Source: Phyllobates terribilis
Taxonomy: Eukaryota
Reading direction: 5' to 3'
Assembly (NCBI RefSeq): GCF_046119375.1
Contig: NW_027362772.1
Location: 306,156,001-306,208,087, forward strand
DNA: 52,087 bases
Made by a program: the position numbers and the translations under genes. Positions 45,701 to 52,087 of this stretch are shown piece by piece. How positions within the stretch are numbered: the first letter of the stretch is position 1; each line of letters starts with the position of its first letter. Under the pieces are notes generated by a model. That model was not told the DNA's origin. It did no database searches and saw only the letters and a program-made list of their open reading frames with translations.

Positions 45701-48700
45701 ACGGTAGGCAAGGTATTCCCTCAGCATCTTCCCAAACTTTCCACTCCTTGTGAGAGTACTCCGCGCCTCAGGGCCTGTGCGATGGGAGGGTCTGAGAAAA
45801 CTCTCCCAGAACTTTGACAGTGTTTTCTGCCTCTGCTGGATTGAAGTTGTGTCTCTCTCGCCTGTACTCCTTGGTTGTCCAACGAAGTGTGCCCTCTGCC
45901 GCCAACGATTTCACATGGGAATTTCTTTAACAGTTCTGCAACAAGGGCTTTCTGGTACTGCCCCATTTTTGTAGACCTGTCCGCCTCAGGAATAAGACAT
46001 ATAAAGTTCTCCTTGTAGCGTGGGTCTAGAAGTGTCACCAACCAGTAATGACTGTCACCCAAAATTTTGAGAACGCGAGGGTCATGGGAAAGGCAGCGTA
46101 ACAAACTCGGCCATGAATGCCAGACTACTAACAGGCAAGACTTCCGTGTCCTCACCAAGAGGATGACTGACCATGCTCTCCTCCTCCTCCTCTCTGTCCT
46201 CTGGCCATCCACGCTGAACAGACGGTATGACAGCTGTGCAGGTAGTACCCTCTATAGCGCATGAAACTAGCTCCTGTTTTTCCTCCTCCTCTTCCTCATT
46301 GTCCCTCAATCCACGTTGGGATGAGATGAGGCTGGGTTGTGTGTAATCACCCTGTATGGTTCCTTGCTCCATCTCATCATGCCCCGCCTGCAATGCATCC
46401 TCTTTGATTGTGAGCAGAGAGCGTTTCAGAAGACAGAAGCGGGATGGTGACGCTAATTATGGCGTCATTGCCGCTCACCATCTTGGTGGAGTCCTCAAAG
46501 TTTTGGAGGATGGTACATATGTCTGACATCCATGTCCACTCCTGAGGTCTTATGTGTGGAGTCTGAACTGAATACCGACGGCCTTGTTGATGCTGGTACT
46601 AAACTGTCCTCTTGTGCTCACAAATCCTTCCCAACATCTGCAGTGTAGAGTTCCAACGCGTGGGGACATCACACACCAGTCTGTGAGCCGGAAAGCTGCA
46701 AATGCTGCTGAAACATGGCAAGGGCGGCGGAAGCTGTAGGTGACTTTCTAAAATGGGCACACAGGCGGCGTACTTTAACAAGAAGATCCGGCAGCTCCGG
46801 GTAGGATTTGAGAAACCGCTGAACCAAGAGGTTAAGCACATGGGCCAGGCATGGTAAGTGTGTGAGCTCGCCTCGCCTCAGGGCCGCCACCAGGTTCCGG
46901 CCATTGTCACACACGACCATGCCTGGCTGTAGGTACAGCGGTGTGAGCTCTTTCAGAGCTGTCCACAACTCTTCAGCATTGTGTGGTTTTTCACCTAAGC
47001 TTCAGCACAGCCTGTTGCCGCTTGGCCGAGGCAGTGCTTCCAGCTTGTGACTGATGTGGTCATTTCGGAGATGGAGGCTGAAGAGGAGGAGGCTGATGTG
47101 CAGGAGCTGTAGACCGTGGGGGCAACCCTGATTGACCTAGGGCCCGCAATCCTTGGCGTCGGGAGGACGTGTTCCGTCCCAAGGTCCGACTGGGTCCCGG
47201 CTTCCACTATGTTAACCTAGTGTGCCGTCAGCGAGATGTACCGTCCCTGCCCACAAGCACTTGTCCATGTGTCCGTGGTTAGGTGGACTTTATCGGTAAC
47301 TGCGTTGTTGAGAGCACGGCTAATGTTTTGGGACACGTGCTTGTGTAATGCGGAGACGGCACACCGGGAGAAAGTGTGGCAGATGGGGACCGAGTACCGA
47401 GGGACGGCCGCCGCCATCAGTTTGCGGAATGCTTCCGTCTCCACAAGCCTAAAAGGCAACATTTCGAGCGCAAGCAGTCGTGAAATGTGAGAATTTAGTA
47501 GTGTGGCCTGTGGGGCGTTGGCTGCATATTTGCGCTTGCGTTCCAAGGACTGGGGTATGGACAACTGAACGCTGCACTGGGACAAGGACATGGACGTGCT
47601 TCCTGATGCTGCTACTTGAGAGTGTGCAACGACAGGTGCAGGGCAGGAGGCGTCTTCGCATGCACCATGGATTGGCTTGCATGCACAACAGCGGAGGAAG
47701 CAATGGTGCCACCCGCAGACACTGTTCCTGGACCCTCGGGTTCGGCCCACAAAGTCGAGTGCTTTGCTGCCATGTGCCTGATCATGCTGGTGGTGGTCAG
47801 GCTGGTCGTTTTGCCACCCCTGCTGATGCTGGCCTGGCAGGTGGTGCAAATGGCCTTTTTGGGGTTATCGGCAGATTCTTTAAAAAACAACCAGACTCAG
47901 GAAGACCTAACAGTTGTACAGGCAACTTCCTTCTTGTTGGTGTTATGGGGAACGGTTGCCTGCCTTCTGTCTGTGGCCACCACACTGCTTCTTCCTGCCT
48001 GTTGGGGTGCTCTGCCTCCCTCCCCCTGTGTGCTGCTGTCCTCGCTCTGCATGTCCTCCTGCCAGGTTGGGTCAGTTACTATATCATCCACCACCTCGTC
48101 TTCCACTTCCGCACCCTGGTCCCCCTCCTGACTTTCTGGCAATTGTGTCTCATCATCGTCCACCTCTTGTGACACTTCCCCACCGTCACCTTCGTGTGAC
48201 CGTGGCTGCTCAAATATTTGGGCATCGCTACACGCGATCTCCTCTTGCCCCGCTTCAAGTGAACCGGGCGAGAGGCCCGAATGTATAAATGGAAAAGTGA
48301 ACAGCTCTTCAGAGTGTCCAAGTGTGGGATCAGTTGTGTCTGGATACTCGGCATGGTGGGAGAAAGGAGGATCAGGACTATGCGGTCCAGACTCACGGCT
48401 ACTGAGACTTGACCATGTGGAAGACAGGGTGGTGGTGGTGGCTAAGTGACTGGAAGCATTATCCGCTATCCAACCAACAACCTTTTGACACTGCTCTGGG
48501 TTCAATAGTGGTGTGCTGCGGTCCCCTAGAAATTGGGACAGGAAGGTCGGGCGAGAAGATGTGGGTGTTTGTTGTGGCACAATTTCAGCTTGCCCACAGC
48601 CTTGTCCTCGGCCTCTGCATGCCCCATTACCATCACGTCTAGTTCCCTGTCCCTTGCCCATTTTAAATGGAGGACAGTATCTTCCACGCTCACTACAAAT

Positions 48701-51321
48701 GACTGAGTTTGGAGCGAACTTATATGTGATCCGTGTGACTGAGAAAACACAGTTTTAAATAGCTGGATTTTTAGCGCTGTAATATGGAAAGGACCTGGCT
48801 GTATTCTGCAGTGCCAACAAGCAAATGGCGCAGAAAAAATGGTGTTCTCTGGATTGCTTTTTAAGCAAATAATCAGGATTAAGATCCAAAGAAAAGTATT
48901 CCTGGCCCCTGAGACCTGGGCCTTGTATAGAAATATCTAACAGCAGCAGAAGGCAGAACTGGAATGGAGCCTCTTGTGCTATATACACTGCCTGCCTGCC
49001 TATATACACTGCCTGCCTGATATCTCTGCAGATGGATTAGTCCTCAGAAGAACTGTTTGTTGAGATGGATATGTGTAATGTACGGTTTTTCTCCCTACAC
49101 TACCTAATACACGATCAAATCTTTCCCTAGCTCAGCAGCACCTCTCCCTACACTGTCTGACCCGGAGTGACTGTGACGAGCATGGCGGCGCCAGGTCTGA
49201 TATAGACCTGATGACGCTGTGCGGCCAGCCAATCACTGTAATGCCACAACCAACATGGCTGCGGCATTACAGTGAGTGGCAGGCAATCCCTGCATGTTTA
49301 TTGGCTCTCTAAAGAGCGCCAAACATGCAGGGAGGGGACCCGAGTTTCCGCCGAGCAACCCGGAAATACTCGACGAGCGCCGATCATCTTGAGCATGCTC
49401 GCTCATCGCTACTGAGAAGAGATAAATCTGCCTCGGTTCACACTTTGGTTTCTGTCCCTCGTGTGCCTGCGATGTATGAACAGCCCCTCACTCCTACCAC
49501 AGGGGGGCGCCGCTCACCTGCTGTTTGAAGTAGCGCCTCTCCTCCTCGTCGATCAGTACTAGGTTGAGGTAATAGCGCACGCTGAACTTCTTGTTGATGT
49601 CCCTCATGGTTGGGGTCAGCTCGTATCCCGCCAGGAACAGCCGGATGGGGATGGACTCACCTACAGGACGAGGAAGACGAGGCAGAAAGTCTGATCAGCC
49701 GGAGAATAAAGATGGTTGCAGGGGCCTGTGGGTATATTAGAGGTGGCAGCTGGTTTTGCACGTCACCCAGCTTTTCCAGGCTCCTGAGCTCATTACCGGT
49801 GGGCAGACGTGCAGTTCAGGAGCTTGGAAAAGCTGGGTGCCGCCTCCCACGTGTCTGTGCCACATGAGCAGCCACCCTGGTGGTCACCGGCGGGCAGGGA
49901 CGGTACCTCGCACCGGCGCTCCGTCCATGATCTCGTACTTGGCGATGGTGTCGTTCTCGTGGTAAACGTTCGGCCCGGTGCCCGTGGTCTCGCGCTTGAT
50001 TATGTCGATCTCCATGTGTTTGATCTTGATCCGCACCAAAAGGAAGTAGATTTTCCCCACGATGACGTCTTTCAGGTGATATCTGTAACAGGAGAAAACG
50101 TGGAGACGTCTGCCGTACGCTGATCGCAAAACTGAGGCTAAAACCGCTGCAGCCCATCGCCGGGGTCACACGTCTCGTATTCGGGTGGGTTTTATGTTTC
50201 CAAATTCTGCAGCATTTTACTTTTCACACAGCGGGAATCGGCAGAAAATATCCAGGGCCACCTTAGCGAGATAAACAGCGATGTGACTGTAGTGTGAATA
50301 CGGCCGGAGGGTGAAAGCTGCACCAAAAATAAGCAGCATGTGAATGGAGTCTAGGAAGTGTTACACCCGACTGATGGAGCATCGCAGCAAAACTGAGCCG
50401 AAATATTGTGAAATGTCTGAACATGGGTGAATGGCAAAACATCAGCACTACAGAAACGGGCAGGGTGGGGGGGGATAGGCGAGGCGGCCCCTGATGCGGG
50501 GGGCACTGACGCGGGGGGGTGCTGACGCGGGGGGTGGGGTACGAGGCGGCTATGCCACGTGACACCTATGATTCTGGATTATTTGGCATTTCTAAAGTTC
50601 CAATAGTCTGGAAAGTTGTGGATTAAGCCGTATGAGCGGACGTTACTCCGAGGAGGGCGAGGGGCGCAGACTTACTTGGACTTGTTGTACTCGAACTCGA
50701 TGTGCAGACAATCCTCGATCCCCACCTCCATCTTGATGGAAGAGTTCATCTCGGGGTAGGTGCTCAGCGTGTGGACCACGATATCCAGCTCCTTCCCGAC
50801 GTCATTGAGCCGGCGGCTGAGGGTGGCGCGCAGGAAGTACCTGGGCGGACGAGACGGCAGAGATGACACCGGCAGAATACACAGCACCCGCCCGCCCTGC
50901 ACCACCGGCCCCCGCTGCCATTACTGCACTCTGGATCCATCTGTATCATCAGTCCTGCGCTGACACATTGCAACAAAGTGTCAGGACTGGACAGCACAAC
51001 ACTGGGTACAACTGTACCAGACCCTCAGCTGTGAGAAGGATTGGATGGAATCAAGAATGTTCCCATTCAATGACAACAAGCTGAGATGTTGATCCAAAGT
51101 TACAGAACTTTTCTTTCTTTTTATGGACAGCCCCTTTAATTTGTGAATTCCCGGCCCCCCGTACCGTAGCTTCACGTTCTGCCCCGTGTACGACTCGTAC
51201 GGCTTCTCCACGTGAGTGAACTCAAAGTCAAAACTCTGTGATTGCGAGAGCTCCCCGGGCCGCACCAGATCCTTCACCAGCGACACAAACTCGTGGTGGT
51301 TCCCCCGGTCGTAGTACAACT
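42645..51321 (-). CDS. VPS26B: Retromer subunit VPS26B, exons 2-6 (exon 1 outside window)
   Basis: Exons 51165-51321, 50676-50840, 49907-50082, 49518-49660, 42645-42791. All GT-AG. B-paralogue sequences YYDRGNHHEFVSLVKDL and LWRKGDIVRKSMSHQAAIASQRFEG. Confidence 0.98.
42970..43300 (-). pseudogene. Extra hAT transposase fragment homologous to ~47335-47675
   Basis: SVQLSLPHSLECKRKYAASHP...VEAEAFHNLM parallels SVQLSIPQSLERKRKYAANAP...VETEAFRKLM. Confidence 0.8.
43401..44422. mobile_element. ~1-kb unit bounded by 73-bp inverted repeats, enclosing a hAT transposase fragment
   Basis: Arms 43401-43473 and 44350-44422 match at 68/73. Internal ~44020-44270 is homologous to ~46885-47095. Confidence 0.6.
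44575..45170. repeat. ~130-bp degenerate tandem repeat (5 units), probable hAT subterminal region
   Basis: TTCCCATTA..AAAGGAG.GGGTCTCCTATA recurs near 44580, 44710, 44848, 44979, 45107. Confidence 0.8.
45425..48661 (-). pseudogene. hAT transposase with multiple frameshifts and stops
   Basis: BED finger (KAICTTC...MIRHMAAKH); TTDTWTS (D 47271-73); VVCDNG (D 46905-07); CLAHVLNL; TRWNST; LLDPRYK; dimerisation domain ASVLSERVFS (E 45575-77). Confidence 0.93.
49518..49660 (-). CDS. VPS26B: VPS26B exon 5
   Basis: (G)ESIPIRLFLAGYELTPTMRDINKKFSVRYYLNLVLIDEEERRYFKQQ. Confidence 0.98.
49907..50082 (-). CDS. VPS26B: VPS26B exon 4
   Basis: (K)YHLKDVIVGKIYFLLVRIKIKHMEIDIIKRETTGTGPNVYHENDTIAKYEIMDGAPVR(G). 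Confidence 0.98.
50676..50840 (-). CDS. VPS26B: VPS26B exon 3
   Basis: (R)YFLRATLSRRLNDVGKELDIVVHTLSTYPEMNSSIKMEVGIEDCLHIEFEYNKS(K). Confidence 0.98.
51165..51321 (-). CDS. VPS26B: VPS26B exon 2
   Basis: (E)LYYDRGNHHEFVSLVKDLVRPGELSQSQSFDFEFTHVEKPYESYTGQNVKL(R). Confidence 0.98.
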
Positions 51322-51344
51322 CTGAGGAGGAAGAGGGAGAAGTG

Positions 51345-52087
51345 TGAGGGCGAGGAGGAGGAGAAAGGGGGAGGAGGAGGAGAAAGGGGGAGGAGGAGGA
51401 GAAAGGGGGAGGAGGAGGAGAAAGGGGGAGGAGGAGGAGAAAGGGGGAGGAGGAGGAGAAAGGGGGAGGAGGAGGAGAAAGGGGGAGGAGGAGGAGAAAG
51501 GGGGAGGAGGAGGAGAAAGGGGGAGGAGGAGGAGAAAGGGGAGGAGGAGGAGAAAGGGGGANNNNNNNNNNNNNNNNNNNNNNNNNNNNNNNNNNNNNNN
51601 NNNNNNNNNNNNNNNNNNNNNNNNNNNNNNNNNNNNNNNNNNNNNNNNNNNNNNNNNNNNNNNNNNNNNNNNNNNNNNNNNNNNNNNNNNNNNNNNNNNN
51701 NNNNNNNNNNNNNNNNNNNNNNNNNNNNNNNNNNNNNNNNNNNNNNNNNNNGAGAAAGGGGAGGAGGAGAAAGGGGAGGAGGAGAAAGGGGAGGAGGAGA
51801 AAGGGGAGGAGGAGAAAGGGGAGGAGGAGAAAGGGGAGGAGGAGAAAGGGGAGGAGGAGAAAGGGGAGGAGGAGAAAGGGGAGGAGGAGAAAGGGGAGGA
51901 GGAGAAAGGGGAGGAGGAGAAAGGGGAGGAGGAGAAAGGGGAGGAGGAGAAAGGGGAGGAGGAGAAAGGGGAGGAGGAGAAAGGGGAGGAGGAGAAAGGG
52001 GAGGAGGAGAAAGGGGAGGAGGAGAAAGGGGAGGAGGAGAAAGGGGAGGAGGAGAAAGGGGAGGAGGAGAAAGGGGAGGAGGAGAAA
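51345..52087. repeat. Pure GA minisatellite (19-bp unit left of the gap, 15-bp unit right), VPS26B intron 1
   Basis: GAGAAAGGGGGAGGAGGAG repeats, then GAGAAAGGGGAGGAG repeats. Confidence 0.97.
51562..51751. other. Assembly gap (190 N)
   Basis: Run of N inside the GA array. Confidence 1.

Larger units (their letters stand above)
44575..49411 (-). mobile_element. Decayed hAT (Ac/ZBED-like) transposon in VPS26B intron 5; only one TIR found
   Basis: TIR-like TAGCGATGAGCGAGCATGCTC (minus) at 49391-49411; transposase remnants 45425-48661; left boundary uncertain. Confidence 0.85.

Noticed and set aside
45425-48661. Domesticated ZBED gene
   Set aside because: Multiple frameshifts and stops (e.g. 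TAG replacing the W of TAHW at 47217-47219), plus a TIR and subterminal repeats.
1-52087. tRNA, rRNA or snoRNA genes
   Set aside because: No cloverleaf, rRNA similarity or convincing box C/D or H/ACA pattern by eye. tRNAscan-SE and Infernal would be needed to exclude them formally.

Overview
Vertebrate genomic DNA, most likely anuran (inferred from the repeat families; species cannot be fixed from sequence alone). It carries the conserved GLB1L2-ACAD8-THYN1-VPS26B block (syntenic with human 11q25). I reconstructed by hand the complete 11-exon ACAD8 CDS (minus, 13453-32436, 414 aa), the complete 7-coding-exon THYN1 CDS (plus, 34149-37839, 228 aa), VPS26B exons 2-6 (minus, 42645-51321; exon 1 is off the right edge) and a probable first coding exon of GLB1L2 (minus, 3012-3082). 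All junctions are GT-AG and keep frame. ACAD8 and THYN1 share a head-to-head promoter with four ZNF143/Staf-type motifs. The non-coding space holds four Tc1/mariner copies from three families (a long-TIR IR/DR DD34E, a short-TIR DD34E, two DD38E), a decayed hAT with rearranged fragments, MITEs, and about a dozen unrelated tandem arrays totalling roughly 19 kb. The long ORFs in the track over these arrays are compositional artefacts. Main observations: a 20 x 71-bp satellite made from the last codons of a Tc1 transposase; two independently inserted DD38E copies with the same 2-bp frameshift; a transposase needing only two nonsense repairs; a possible transposon-supplied ACAD8 poly(A) signal; inverted repeats bracketing an in-frame two-exon THYN1 cassette; and a 73-bp inverted-repeat unit enclosing a hAT catalytic fragment. 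No RNA genes or CRISPR array are supported. There are two N gaps.
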